Source: Kondoa subrosea (Eukaryota). From it: 64,000 bases of DNA. A program made the translations under genes and the position numbers. Within the stretch, counting starts at the first letter, position 1. Each line of letters opens with the position of its first letter. Under the pieces are notes generated by a model that was not told where the DNA came from, ran no database searches, and saw only the letters and a list, made by a program, of their open reading frames with translations. The DNA is taken from NCBI GenBank assembly GCA_039545335.1, contig BCIN01000001.1:3537136-3601135 (forward strand). The letters run 5' to 3'. Of this stretch, positions 13,563 through 27,363 are shown in pieces.

Positions 13563-16500
13563 ATGGAGCTTATTCAAGGTCGCTTCTGTCAAGAGTGCAC
13601 GCAATCTCGATCTGATCTGTAGTGTAGTACTGTGGCATGGTCCAAGCATGGTGTTCTAGCTCGCGTCAACCCGCTGCAGCCCAATGCCATTTTGCTTTCT
13701 TCAATCTCGTTACCGAATCATGGACAATTGACAGCTACTGTCCTTGCACCTCTTGAGCCAGCTGAATCTATCCAGTCGCTCTCATTCAATCCATCTGGAA
13801 CGAAAATACTGGCTGTTACTACTTATCAAGCTGGTAATAGATTGCTCTTATGGGAACTCGGTGACAGCCAATGCATGAATGATTGGAAGCCCAGTTGGCA
13901 GTGGAATGTAACAGGAAGTGAGAACTTAGGTGTCAGAACAGTGGAATGGTTATCGCAAAATCGAGAGGTGTGTTCGTTCAATATTCTACACCACACGAGT
14001 CTCAAGCTCCTGCACAGCTTCGGCTCCCTGATGAAAACAGGAAGGTTTCGCACGGTCGTGCCAATGGATTCACCAAGTCGATCAAATCTGGTGAAGATGC
14101 CTTTGCTGTGATTCTGTCTAGTGCAGAGGTGAGAAGATTTTCTTTCTGGATGATCCATCTCATTAGCATTCAGATGTTGGTCGCTCGACTTTCGGCCATT
14201 GAAATCCCGACGCTGCTGCGAATCGATTTACTTTCCAGTTCCGTCGCGACCACAACGATATCCAATATTATGCCTTTCATGAGTAGTCCTCTTGATCTGG
14301 TTATGCCTATTGCCTCTTCTATCTCTGCGCCGCTTGTGGATCCTCTTTCTGCCTTAGGTTTGGACTTGACTTTACCAGAATCAGCAACTTCATCGCTTCC
14401 GCTATTCTCTGCCTCCACGGTAAGAGACCAAGAATGCACGCATGCAAGTATAACAAGCTTGAGTGACGGTAAATAGACTCATCTAAGTACTAAGTAATCA
14501 TGATGCTGAAACTCCTTTAGAATCTTCACTGCTTGTCACTCTACGTCTTGGTCCCAAAGCATCCTTCAGTCAGTCTATCGCAAACAGCGATATTGCGCAA
14601 GATATCATACATATAGTCAAGGTGGTCATTGCTTTCGATCCGCTCACCGCAAATTTCAGTGAGTTCACTTTAAGCTGATTTGTGCTATTCTCATATCCTT
14701 TTTCAGCTTTACAGTGCGATCAATGTCGACCTATACAGCTATTTTCACCGGCAATGCCTAATGCGCAAGTAACATCAACGTGCTGGTCTGCGGCCGATGA
14801 CCAATCCCAACTGCTTCTTGTCGCTACATATGACGAAGGTTATCGCGGTTTTTACTACATTCTGCTCAGCCATATGCTAATCTGTTTTAATAGAGAGTAA
14901 GAATGCTTCCCTGCGCACATGGTCCTTCTCAAGGTCTGATGCGGAATTGTCATCTTCATTTGCAAGTCTGGAATGCAAGAAATCCGATGTTGAGTCTCAA
15001 ACGCAGGAATGGGTAAGGTCATGCTCGTGTATCGTAGATATAGCTGAATGGATACTTTGCAGATGGGAAGGGAACAAGCTTCTCGCATGTTTGAAAGTAC
15101 TGTAATTGCAGCCATCCGAGCCTTTTCAGCACAAGCAGAAGCTACGATATGTGTCTGCACTACTGATGCCAAGTCGTCGCAATTATGCACCATTGATCCC
15201 TCAGACCTGAAAGATGCAGATTATAGTGAGATGCAAGCGGTCAATTGCACCGGAGGTGAGCACCTATTATCAAGATATGCTTCGTCTGACCGGCTGTCAG
15301 TCACGAACGTTGGCTTCTCACCTTCTCAGAACCTATTATGGCTGTGCAACGTGCAGCATGAGCTCAAGGTCATACCCAGTACTAGCAACTTTTCAACGCT
15401 TGCACTATCTGGCGCCGCTGTCCGAGCTTGTCTGCAGAATCATAGTCTTTCTGACATTACACGTCAAGCGGACACGTTGAGTAAGACTGTTCCTTCCGAT
15501 TGACATTCCCTTTCTAATCATGATTTGCTAGGTCACGAACAACGCGCCCAATTGTTGACGGAAGTTGCAACGACTCTTACAGCCAATCTGCCGCCTCCAG
15601 CGCGGATGGAAAAATCAAATGTTCTGATACGCTTTCTGCGGTTGCAAGATGCTTCGCAGCGGCTAGACCCATTAAACAGTACACCAGGTCAATCATCACT
15701 CACTGCACATATCTGGCTTCAGATCTTTGCATACATGCAAGCGTTTGGTGAATCTCGGGTCCGGTCGAAGGCGAATACAGGTGTATCGGTCTTTCACCTG
15801 AGTAAGTCGTGCATGACGAGCGCGCTGAATGCGCTGACACTTCCGTAGACTCTATTTGGGCTCTTATAGCAATGTCACGGGCCTTCTTCAAGGTTTGCTC
15901 TGAGCTTCTCGAAGAAGCAGCCCAAAGTGGTGAGCTATTGCTAGGTCTGGATCCGACGAATTTTGCTGATGACTCCAATAGATACCTCGCCAAAGATAAC
16001 AATGCTCTTACATCCGCTAGCACGAGATTGCATACAACGAGCTTCGTTTCTGATCAATGCCTTCCGTGATTTCATCAATGCTTTTCACCCTGAAGAGGGA
16101 ACAATGGCGGTTCAATTGGCTCAAGGTGTCCTTCAAGATGTACATACTCAGGCGGGAGCAGGTGGAAAAATTGGGGAGTTGTTGAGCAAGACATCCACCG
16201 AATGTGGTGCTATTTCAGAAGGTGAATGCAAGTCAACATCGGTTTTGCGCACAAGCTGATTTAACATATTGCAGACGAACACTATCAGATACTACTTGCT
16301 GGTCAAACACCTTCTTCTCCTTCCACCAGTGTTGCTCAAGCCATCGAGAAGATACGTTTCGAAGCGAAAACATTGATTAGCCAATCAGATTCAACGAAAG
16401 CATCTGCGACAAAAGGACATATCGATATCATCACAGGCGCTAGTATAGCGGCTGGACAGCTCCATCGTGAGTGCACCAAGTGCGGAGCCTGGAGCGAAAT

Positions 16501-16597
16501 CTTTGCACAAGCCGAAGCTACCGAAGGATTTCCAACTTACCGCGATTCGTATCGTGCTTCATGTATCTGTGGAGGGATATGGATGAACATGATGTGA
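13563..16597 (+). CDS. MED16: Mediator subunit 16 (Sin4)-like
   Basis: N-terminal AWSKHG and WD-like repeats; C-terminal RECTKCG...YRASCICGGIW zinc-ribbon characteristic of Med16. Confidence 0.72.
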
Positions 16598-16752
16598 CTG
16601 CCTGCGGCGAGCTTGTCCCGTGTTCAGCATGCTCCTAGAAATCAAGACGTGTTCCCTTTCTTCAGTAATACTTATACGAAGCGTACTTCCAATTTCGCTG
16701 ATGTTCTCTATTTACCTCTCTGCTCGATCTCTTTCTACCGAGACCTTGCAAA

Positions 16753-18561
16753 ATGTTATCTTTCCTTTTCTTTCTCTGGTTCTCTGTGCTGGAAGGAGCG
16801 AACGCCTTCTTCAGACTAAGTAGGGCTCTTTACAGAATCTGATCGATGGTCAAAACTGATTGCGTGAATCAGGCTGCTCCACTCTCTCAATCGAAAGAGT
16901 TGATCCGCTTGTGAATCCAGGTGTCCTCTCTGGTCATGTCCATGGCATTGCGGGGAGCTCGGCTTTCTCTCCATCGGTGAAATACCAAGAGTTGATCGAC
17001 AGTGCTCCCGATACATGCACCAGCTGTAAAGTCATTCAGGATCGAAGTCTATATTGGTCTTCAGTCATCGCTTTCGAATGGAAGAATGGGTCATATGTAA
17101 CTCGTCGAAGCCATGTACAAGATATCAGCTAATTCATAGCGCAGAGCTTCTTGGCAAATGATGAAAAGGCGGTCTACTACCACTATAACCTTGATCCGAC
17201 AACGAATGCGCCGCTGAAAGCCTTTCCTCCTGGCTTCCAAGTATGCCATCAAATCTTAAGTCTTCGATCTGACTGTTTTCAGATGCTCGCAGGAGATCCT
17301 TCGTTACGTACCTACGATTCCACATCACTCGAACAGCAAGCCATAACGTTTAAATGCTTGAGAGCAGCCGGCGACTATGCTCCGGCGGATACAACTTCTG
17401 GCTTGCCTGCTGAGGTCTGTGCCGGTGGAATAAGGATGGAAGTGATGTTTCGCTCTTGTGGAAACGGCGAGACAGACAGCAGTAATCATGTAAGGAAGGA
17501 GTTGCTCTTGATTCCAGTACTTCGCTCAAACAGAATTCAGAAATCTCATGTTCAGTATCCGTCCGCCTCAGGCGAATGCCCTCCGAAGTTTCCAGATCGC
17601 TATCCCACATTGCAATTTGAAACCGTCTACCACTCTGAAGAATTTGCCAACTCTTGGTCTGAAGCTGCAGATCCTTCTCAGCCTTTCATCCTTTCGAATG
17701 GAGATACAACCGGTTACTCGGCTCATGCGGATTTTATGTTTGGTTGGGTGGACGGGGCATTGGTCTGTATGGCATCGACCTCCACGGACACGGACTAACG
17801 GCTATTGGACACAGGAATCCGCTTTAAAGCAGTGCACCAGAACTGGCCTAGATCCTTTGGCTTTCGACCCGAAGAATTGCCCTGCGTTCACCATCGATGA
17901 TAATCCTTGTATTAATTCACCCGGCGTCAATGAACTTATTGTCAATGGTCCAGGTCTTAGCGGTCCACCTCTTTCCTATCTGCCAGGCTTGATCGCCAAA
18001 GAAGGAGAGGTCGACTTTTGCTCAAGTGTCAAGACTTTGCAAGGAGGCGATATGTCTAATATATGGTCTACCTGCGCCGACGGAAAGTCTTCTGGTAAAG
18101 CTGTTCAAGCTTCGGGTGAAGCATCCCCACAAGGATCTCTGTCTATCACTTCAAACGCGAAACAGACTGTACCTGCTACTCCTGCAGGCAATACTCCTTC
18201 AGCTACCCCAATTGATCGCAGTAGCCACGATGATAGCAATGGTAACTTTGATCGGAATCAATATACTCGGGCAAACAATCGATACGGCGGAGTGCAGCAG
18301 CATCAGCAGCAAGAATCCGTGCCCGCATCCAGTTTGGTACCATTGTATAATACTAGATTAAGCGATCTGGAGCCGTCTATCTTGCACTCTTCTAGTAAGT
18401 CCTTCGTTATAGGCAATTCACAAGTGCTTAACTTGGTTTGTACAGTCTCAGCATTGTCGAGTTCTACAACATATTTACCAGAACTATCTGAAGCCCCGTC
18501 TCTACATCCAAGCTCTCTACTGCCAGTGATAGCGCTTCTCATGGCGACACTGTGTTGCTGA
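16753..18561 (+). CDS. Secreted DUF1996 domain protein with S/T-rich tail and hydrophobic C-terminus (possible GPI anchor)
   Basis: Signal MLSFLFFLWFSVLEGANAFFRL; ERVDPLVNPGVLSGHVHGIAG; CTSCKVIQDRSLYW; AFPPGFQMLAGDP; LSNGDTTGYSAHADFMFGW. Confidence 0.88.
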
Positions 18562-18682
18562 ACTGAACTGAGACCGGCATGTAAATCTAATTTGGGATCA
18601 TGCTAGAGTGATGTACAATACAGGTTGGACTACAGAGTAAACTTGTTACAAATGCTTTCGAACGATTACGCTTCTCTGCTCC

Positions 18683-20336
18683 TTACTCCTCATCAGAGCA
18701 TACGATAACTCTCACTTTCTTCTTCTTCCTCTCTTCTACTACCGGTTCTTCCACCATTTCTTCTTCTTCAGGGAAAGCTTTCTCCACCGTCCTCTTTGTC
18801 TCCACTTCCACCTTACTAAAGAATTTGGCTACGCTTTCCTGTTTCTTTCCCTTTTCTGCTTTTACCGCAGCAACAACCTTCTTCTTAGTAGTAGTGGTGG
18901 TGGTAGAAACTTTCTTCACTTTCTTCGTTGGTGGAGGATTGAGATAATTCTGCCAAAGAGTTTTGATTCCTGTTGAAATGTTCAACCCTTCTATCTCATC
19001 CCTATTATACCATTTCCCTTTTTTCGGTTTCGGTGGTTCTTCAGATTGAGGTAAAAGAACATGAGTAGGTAGGTAATCTCTAATTATATGGGAAAACCTA
19101 TGTCGAACTGGATCGCCTTCATTGGTATCCAATTCGTCTAGGTCTAGATCAGGTAAAGAAACTTCCAACAAATCTTTCAAGGCTTGCGATCGATCGGAAG
19201 AGGAAAGAGGTGATGGGAAATCAGTTGTTGGGAATTCGAGCATACCAGCTAATAAACCTGTTGAAAGTCTTTTGAGTAAGAGATATTTCGATTTTGCTGA
19301 AGAAGAGGAAGAAGAAGAAGAAGGAGGACGCCATTCTAGAATCAAAGTAACAGTCTCTTCTTCCCTTGCTTTTTTGCGAATCTTAGCCATGGGGTAACGA
19401 GTTACTGAAGTGGAAGTATCTGGTAATTCTTCGCAGAGCGTGCAAAGATCTTCGATTTCAGTTGAGGTGGAAGAGGAGGAGGCCGAGGGAAGAAGAGATT
19501 GAGCATAAGCTATACATTGTGCTGATAGTGGACAGGACGAGCAAGATGGATTCTTTGGTGTGCACACTGTTGCTCCGAGATCGAAAAGAGCTTGATTGTA
19601 ATCGCCTTTCTGAATGGTGAGCTTTCTAGAGGACCTCCATAGTAGTAACGCATACCTGGATTGGAAGCTGGTACGAGTTTGCCCGCCAGATTCTGCAGGA
19701 AATCAGTTGTCTTCTTGCTTGCGATATTGGCATGAATAGCGAAAACACGCGAATAGACGCGTTGAACATTCCCATCCACTGCTGGTACTCTCTTGCCATA
19801 CGCTATTGAGGTAATTGCGCCCGCTGTGTATACACCGATCCCATCAATCTCCTTTTCAAGTATTTTTGGGTCCGAAGGCAGTTTCCCGTTGTAATCTTTC
19901 ACTACTCTCTTTGCTCCACTCAATAAGCGCGTAGCTCGACTGTAATAACCTAATCCAGTCCATAGAGCTCTTACTTCCTCCTCATCTGCTTCTGCTAATG
20001 ATTTCAAAGTAGGGAACTTGCCCATCCATCGCTCATAATAGCCAATCACAGTCTTAATTTGAGTCTATAATCATTGAATAAGCACGAACATACGCGTTAA
20101 GAGCGAAGCAAAACACTCACTTGTTGTGACATTATCTCGCTAACCCAAACTTCATAAGCGTGCTGACTCTTTGATTTCTCAGGATCCAAGACTCTCCATG
20201 GAATAGATCTTGATGCTGAATTCTCTTTGTACCAGGGAAGTAAGCAATCTGATAATTCCACAGGTTCATGCAAAGCAGCTGGATGGCTCGTTTGTGTACA
20301 TTGAGCTATCAGAGGATGTCTGGCATGCTTGGTCAT
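18683..20336 (-). CDS. MYH1: A/G-specific adenine DNA glycosylase (MutY homologue)
   Basis: IPWR; YEVWVSEIMSQQTQ; WTGLGYYSRA; DGIGVYTAGAITSIAY; VDGNVQRV; 4Fe-4S CTPKNPSCSSCPLSAQC; GLLAGMLEFP; HRFSHI. Confidence 0.95.
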
Positions 20337-20431
20337 TCTACTCAGCCTCAGAGCGGGATATCTTGCTAATCTGGGTATAGTGTGCAGCAGTCCCTCGTTG
20401 TCGCGGACCAAACCCTTGACCAGTAACAATC

Positions 20432-22765
20432 ATGAAGTCTGGTGCTCTCCTGCTGGCTGGACTTGGGCTGGTATTGGCTTCTCCTACACAGCATCATTTC
20501 AGTCAGCCTTCTTTAGATAGTAGCGCTGGCTTGAAAGTGGAACAACAACCTGCTGATTCCAAATTTCAATTTCATATCACGCATGACAAGTTTCCTGGTC
20601 ATCAAGTGAGAATAAGGGAACCAAAGTGAGCTTTTTACCGAGTGGATGACTGCTTGAGAACTGATGAAGCAGCAGCTTGTGCGATACGGTCCAAGAATGG
20701 TCTGGCTATCTCGATACTGGCACAGGCAGACACTTCTATGTAAGCTTTCTTCTGTTTAGTGTCTCGACTGCTGGACTGATGTAGAAGGTAGTTCTGGTCT
20801 TATGAAAGTCGAAATTCTCCTTCAACAGATCCAGTCATGTTATGTAAGTGCTGCTCAATATTTGCTGCTGCAATTGAGAATGAGTTTGTGAACTTACAGG
20901 GTTGAATGGTGGTGTATGTGTCGTTACTTACTGTTCTGAGCCAACTTTCACATTGAATCTAGCCCGGATGCTCAAGTTTTACGGGAATGCTACAAGAATT
21001 AGGTCCTTGTCAAGTAACTAGGCAATCTCATGATTCACCAGTTGAACTTCGTCGGAACCCGCATGCTTGGACAAATAACGCAACAGTCATCTTCCTTGAT
21101 CAACCAATTGGAGTTGGTTACTCGTACGGAGATCAAAATGTGACTAGTATTGGATCGACGGATGAAGCTGCAGTAGACGTAAGTGAAGCCCTCAAGTTAT
21201 CTTGTGCAAAGCACTGATACGACATTTGTAACTTACAGGTGCATGCGTTTTTGAGTATCTGGTTCTCTACTTTCAACAAACGATTTGGAAAGAGCGATTT
21301 CCATATGGCTGGTGAAAGTTTTGCAGGTCGTTATGTTCCAGGTGCGCTTTAAAACAACTGATTCGGTTTCATGCTGATAGAAAGTTGTTGAAATGCACAG
21401 TATTTGCCGATGTGCGGATGAGATTAGCAATTCGGCCTGGTGCTGATATGACTAATTCTTCTTGTCGCAGTATATCGTTGAACAGAACAAGAAACAAGAC
21501 AATGAGGTCCACATCAACCTAAAGTCTATCATGGTTGGTAAGCTATCCAGCTGCCTTCGACTTGTGCTTCCTTTGAATCTATATGCTTCGAAGGAAACGG
21601 ATTCACTCATCCAACTCTACAATACGCTTCTTATTTCCCTACAGTCTGTTCAGCTGCAGGTGGGTACGGTCCATACTTGTAAGACTAGTTTCCACTCAAT
21701 CAAGCTTCGAGCTAAAAAGAGTATGGGTAGGAACGAATCAACATGCCACGAAATGATTTCTACTTTACCTGAATGTCAACGTCTCACGGAATTATGCGCG
21801 AGTGATATCAGCGTGACGAAGAATTGCGTTAAAGCTGCGGCCTACTGCGAGAGGACTCAAGCTGATCCATTCTATACTACGGTTCGTTCACTCGATGCAT
21901 AAAGTCATATATCCTGACTTTGGTAACTGATGATGGAACAGGGAAGGAGTGCATACGATATGGATAAATTTGGTCAGCCTACAGTCTTGAAGTATGAGAC
22001 TCTTCTCATTCCTAGTTTCCTGGCTGCTGACAGGCGCTTATGCGGAAGAAGAATGGGTCAGATCATACCTCAACAGACCTGAAATTCGTCATCAGCTTGG
22101 AGTAGATCATGAAGCGAATGGGGGCGTGAGGAAATTTATTGGCTGTTCTGATAAAGTTGGAGATGATTTCGCCGCTACTGGAGATGGGTAAATTGCGGTC
22201 ATATGAAACAATTGAAAAGGATGCTGATATGAGATTGGAACAGAGCTAAACCTAGTTATCGACATGTCAAGAACTTGCTTGATAACGGAATTCGAACACT
22301 GTTCTACGCAGGATCGCGGGACTTCATCTGGTATGTCATACACGAATCCTTTCGAGATGATATCAGCTGAAAATGTGATATAGTAATGCTCTGGGAGTCG
22401 AAGCTTGGACTTTGCAACTTGAATGGTCAGGTCAAAAAGACTTCCGGAAACAAAGATTAACACCATGGCATTTACCTGGAGATGGTCGAGCTGGAACATT
22501 CAGGACTGCTGGCAATCTAACCTTCGCTACAATTGATGCTTCGGGTCATTTTGGTCAGTCCGATGCTTTCTTTGGTAACGACTAGATGTTGATGCTTCGA
22601 CTCAGTACCTTATGATCAACCAAGAAGATCTGTAGCAATGTGAGTCGGCTTCGCACACTACTTTTAACTTGCTCTGAACAGCAGTCTAGGGCCACGAAGT
22701 GGATGCACAACGGGGCCGATGCTTTGACTCGGATGCAAGGTGCCCATGAAGGATCAGGCTTCTAA
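20432..22765 (+). CDS. Serine carboxypeptidase S10 (carboxypeptidase Y-like)
   Basis: Signal peptide; WSGYLD; WLNGG|PGCSS; LQELGPC; FLDQPIGVGYSY; GESFAGRYVP; YAGSRDFIC; ASGHF|VPYDQP. Confidence 0.93.
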
Positions 22766-23177
22766 CTTGATAATAGTGTGAAGTGCACTGCTACAGTAAG
22801 GCGTGTGCAAAGTGTGCTTACCCCGCACGGAAATGAAAATTGTTGAAAGATCAGATGGTCAGGCTTCCACGTTTCAACAGGAGGTTCAATGTTTTCTTCT
22901 TTACAGTCAATATTCGCTGTTTTCTTCATCCACCAGAGAGAGCCTGCACCCTTTCTGATCGAGCTGCTGACTTTCCCATCTTTCCGTGATTGGGCACAAA
23001 GTAGAAGTTGGCCCAAATCTTAAATTTCCGTGCTCGCTCTCTTGAGCTTCTGAGCAGACCACCATCTCACTATACCCTTTTATAGACTCGCTCTATAACA
23101 TACCACATAAGCCAGGCTTTCACTAGCTATTTGGCTTGACTTCTATATCTCTGGCATAAAATCCAAACTTGAAGAGG

Positions 23178-25509
23178 ATGGCCGTGCAGCCGCCTTTGCC
23201 CAACTGGCTTGACTATACGACATTCTTGGATGACCAAGGGCAGTCTACCACTGGTGTTGTTCAAGTGAGCTACACGTCTGATGCGCATTTGTTGATTTCT
23301 CATCACTTTATGCTATAGCTTCCCTTGACTTATACTGGAGCCTCTGTCCCTCTGGATTGGCCATGGGTCGCAGCTGATGCACCAGAAAGTGAACGACTGC
23401 GCGTCTCTTTGCTTGGTGGAACAGGCTACCAATTGCGACAAGATTCAAGTCCGACTCTCATGGCATTGGCTCAGACTCGTCAGGCTGCATCAACAACAGT
23501 AGAACAAGCTGCCAATCCTGCAGCTCTCACAGCTACCGCTTTCAATCCTGTTGTTACCCTACCGGATGGGTCTGTTGCACGAGTTCGGACGCCTGAAATC
23601 GCTTTTACGACCACTCAAGCGGACGGTGTAGTGGTAGTCGATACTCCTCGGGTCTCATATCCGACAGCTGGATCACCTACGCTCATGAATAATCCAGCTA
23701 CGATATCGACTCTACCTAATGGTCAACTCACGACTTTGCCTACAAGCGCTGCTCTAGTACTTTATACCACAGACTCGGAAGGTAGATCCACTAGAATAAC
23801 ACCAGTCGTGTCAACTTTACCGAATGGTCGAACAACCTTGGTTCCTCTGACTTCTACCTCTTCATCTGCCACGAGCTCGAGCACCACATTACCAAGCAAT
23901 CCTTCTTCATATTCGTCGTCGTCGTCATCCTTCTCTCCCGCTCCAGCTTTCGCGCAAGATTCAGCTCACTTCTCTCCAGGTCAAATAGCAGGAATTTCCC
24001 TCGGCTCTTTATTATGCTTCTTCCTCATCTCAGCAGCAATCGTCATTTGGTGTGTTGTCAGAAGAAAACAAAGAAACTTACATAGAGACGACGCTTCTTG
24101 GGTTGGTTTGAGCCGAACACCACCTATGGAACAAAGAAGTCAAGGTGGAATGATGATTCCTTATTATGATCATGATCAACAAGAAGAAGAACCTAGGACT
24201 GCTACTACTGGAACTAGTAGAAGTAGAACAACGGAAGAAGAAGATGAAGAAGATGAGGTGTTCCTTTACCCTGGCAATAAGAGGGATGATGATGATGGAA
24301 CACCTCCTTCAGGCGGTGCACCGAATGGGAATGGGAGCGGCAGCAACAGGAGTGGATTCAGTAGAAACACTGGATCGACTATAGAGTCAGTCATAAATCT
24401 CTTTCATTCGATACAGTAAAAGCTGATCATACATTCTAAGCGAGGATACTCTTTTTTACTCTTTACCTGGTTCTCGAATCCCTACTCGCGAACATGCATC
24501 TCGAGCACCCGATCTATCTCAAACGACAGAAGAAGAGTCCGAATCCCTCTTATCAAATCCTTTCAGGGACAATCAATCTCACAATGAAGTTCTTGAAGAC
24601 CTTATGGGTCTTTCTTCACCCTCAACCAGTGCTTCACCACCTCCTAGACCAAAAAGAGAAGATGAAGTTCATGCCTTTGAACAAGAACCAGCCGATAGAG
24701 GTATTCCAATCGTTTCTGCTGCCAGTCGAAGCATTGGTAATTATCTTGGTGGGATTGGCGGCATCGGTAACCTCATTCTGGGTCAAAGAATCGTTTCTGG
24801 TGAGAGTCAGGTCATTAATTCTCGGCAAACGATAGAAGAAGATGAAGAAGATGATAAAAAGTTAGTTTCAGCATCCTGTCGCGCATCTCACTACTGATGA
24901 CTGTCGGCAGACGAATTACTTCACGCTTATTGAGACCTGAAGCACACAAAAGGTTGACTGCTGGAGCTGTTGGATATGAAGATTCGCCTACTCTCGGTCA
25001 AGTAGAAAGCAGTGAGGAAGAAGAAGACTCAGCGGGAGAAGCAGAAGCAACTGCGTTTTTACCTTACGAGAAAGCAACGAAAGCTCGTTGGTCTAAGACT
25101 ACACTGGGAAGGTGCGTCTTCTTTCCCTTTGCTTGCAATCATTTTACTAAATGAGACTGTATACAGGAAAATACCATCTGAAGAATCCGGTCATGAAATA
25201 CATAGTCTAATGAGCAGTCTTCGTTCAGCTTCACACAGCGGATCCAAACATTCTCATCGCTCAGCTAACGCTTCTTCTTCATCAAACAATACTCGTCGAT
25301 CAGTTTCCGAAAATGGTTTGCTTTTAGGCAAATCCAATAGAAGACGCAATGGATCAAACAGTCGAAGCGGATCGTCTAATTATCACAGTGCAAGAGAAAG
25401 ATCTGGTGGATCTTCTTTGGGTCAGTTGTCGAGACATACGAACGGGTCGGATCCTTCAAGTGCAGAACAAGCGGAAATCTGGGCTTTACCAGCTTTACCT
25501 CAACGATAG
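23178..25509 (+). CDS. Single-pass membrane protein, S/T-rich ectodomain and disordered cytoplasmic tail (Mid2/Axl2/Skg6-like architecture)
   Basis: T/S-rich region, then GQIAGISLGSLLCFFLISAAIVIWCVV-RRKQR (TM plus basic stop-transfer), then an acidic/Ser-rich tail. Confidence 0.7.
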
Positions 25510-25673
25510 AAGGGCGATGGGAGTGAAGATTAACAGTCAACTTATTGGGTCGTTATGTGCTAGAGCTTCGATGCGATGTAGAATAGATGTGATATTAGGT
25601 TATGGACGAGCATTACGAAAATACGAATGTAATACATATGATATGAGTACAATTTGTGACAGACCAATTAGAA

Positions 25674-26558
25674 TTATACTTTCCGCCTTGAAACGTGAGC
25701 TGTCAATGTATTCTTGGCATGCTGTCGAATCGCTTCCTGTTGTTTAACATCAGCTTTACACATGACAGATGGAGCGTGGGAACGCACAAAAGGGTTCGCT
25801 ACAAAGTCAGAATGATTGAGCAATTGAGGCAGTCGAGCTTGAGCTTCCGCTCTGCAACAAATCATCAATGATTCGTGGTGTAACATTTCGATAAATGGAC
25901 TGACAATACTTTCTGCCTCTTCTTAGCAGTCAATTTCTCTTTCTTTTCTCTCTGAGCATCACTCGTCTCCGTCATCGCAACATTGCTATCAATCTTCTTC
26001 GTCTTCTTCTTGCTTTTCCCACCCATTGATTCTTCCGCTTCTACTTGTCCAATTGTCATTTCCCTACTGACGATCTCCTGAGGCGTGAGATCGACTGAAT
26101 CCAAGACATGTGATACATCTTTCAAATCAGCAGCTAGAACACCTTTGCGTTTGATTCGTTTAGCGTGAGATTTCGAGTAAGGTTGTTTCGCTAATTCCCT
26201 CTCTGTTCATGTCACCTCTACTCCTAAGCTACATAATATAGCATAAGAAGAAAGGGTAACGAACCATGTATTTTCTGAGCTAGACGTGATTCTCGTTTGG
26301 ATCTAGCTTGTAAACTGGTTTCGTATTCCAAGTGTTGTACATTGGCTGTAGAGTCTTGTATGAGAGCAGAAGTGGATGCTACAGGTGATTCATCTAGGTC
26401 TATATCATCTTGCGACGGAGGAAGGTCTTGAATTGAAATTTCTTTAGATGTGGAAGAGGGAGCTTTATTATGCACTCGAGCGGCTTTGAGAGATTTACTA
26501 CGTGGCTATACCACTGTGAGCTGGTAATCAAGACGCTGGTAGAGACGCAGCGAACCAT
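25674..26558 (-). CDS. SLX9: Ribosome biogenesis protein Slx9/FAM207-like
   Basis: Spliced PYSKSHAKRIKRKGVLAADLKDV...LTAKKRQKVL...AQARLPQLLNHSDFVANPF|EAIRQHAKNTL, matching the Slx9 C-terminal NPFxA(I/L)RxH motif. Confidence 0.75.
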
Positions 26559-26666
26559 TGGACAAAATGTTGAATGACGGTCGGAAGCAGAAAGTGAAGA
26601 GTGCGTATGGACTTTCATTTTGGATTTGGTATTACATATCACAGGTTACACACTTATGCTACATTT

Positions 26667-27363
26667 TCACGGTTTAGTTACTTTGCTGACGCTGCGAGCC
26701 CACATTTTTAGTCTTAGCATGTCGAGAGTGCCAAAACGCAAGCGGGACTCACGTTTCTTTTACAGTCTCTCGTACTGTAGTAGCAGCATCAATGACCTTG
26801 TCCACAATCCCTTCAGAGGCAGGTTGAGTTTCACTATTCATTGAGGCTTGAGAACATGAACACGAGAATAGTTGTAAAGGTAAACGCACTGAACATGCTT
26901 GACAGTCTCTTCTTGCAAAGTCTTGACATTTACTTTCCCATCTGTATGTCTATCACTCTTGACCGCGGCTTCCCTGTCCGTCGGTTTGCGCTCAGCATAT
27001 TTATGCACAGCCCAGAAGTCAAGACGAACGAATCGCTCGCTAGAGTTTCATTCCATTTTGGTACATCCTTGTGAGGCGATACGCTGTACGAATCCGATTA
27101 GCTGTGGAATCACAAAGTGATCAAGTCTGAAAAGCAAACGCACGATTCACCAGATTTGCTCTTATGGAGTTGTTTCTCAATCACAGCAGGATCATTGTCG
27201 TGCACTGTCCAAAGAAAATCGATCTCAGCAGGTAGTCTGCTTGAAGAACGAATGAAGACGGACTATTCGATCCAAACGGGTAAGCAGTCCTCGCTGAGTT
27301 CGACAGGCATCTACGCGCTACGGCGACAGTTGGTGAGCGAATCTGACGTGCTAGGAAGGACAT
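26667..27363 (-). CDS. Small conserved fungal protein with mitochondrial targeting peptide
   Basis: Presequence MSFLARQIRSPTVAVARRCLSNSART. Spliced core VPKWNETLASDS|EAAVKSDR...KTLQEETVKHV resembles a widespread uncharacterised fungal mitochondrial family. Confidence 0.65.

Noticed and set aside
21310..21330. GESFAG instead of GESYAG in the carboxypeptidase
   Set aside because: Conservative variant; the catalytic Ser, Asp and His motifs are all present.
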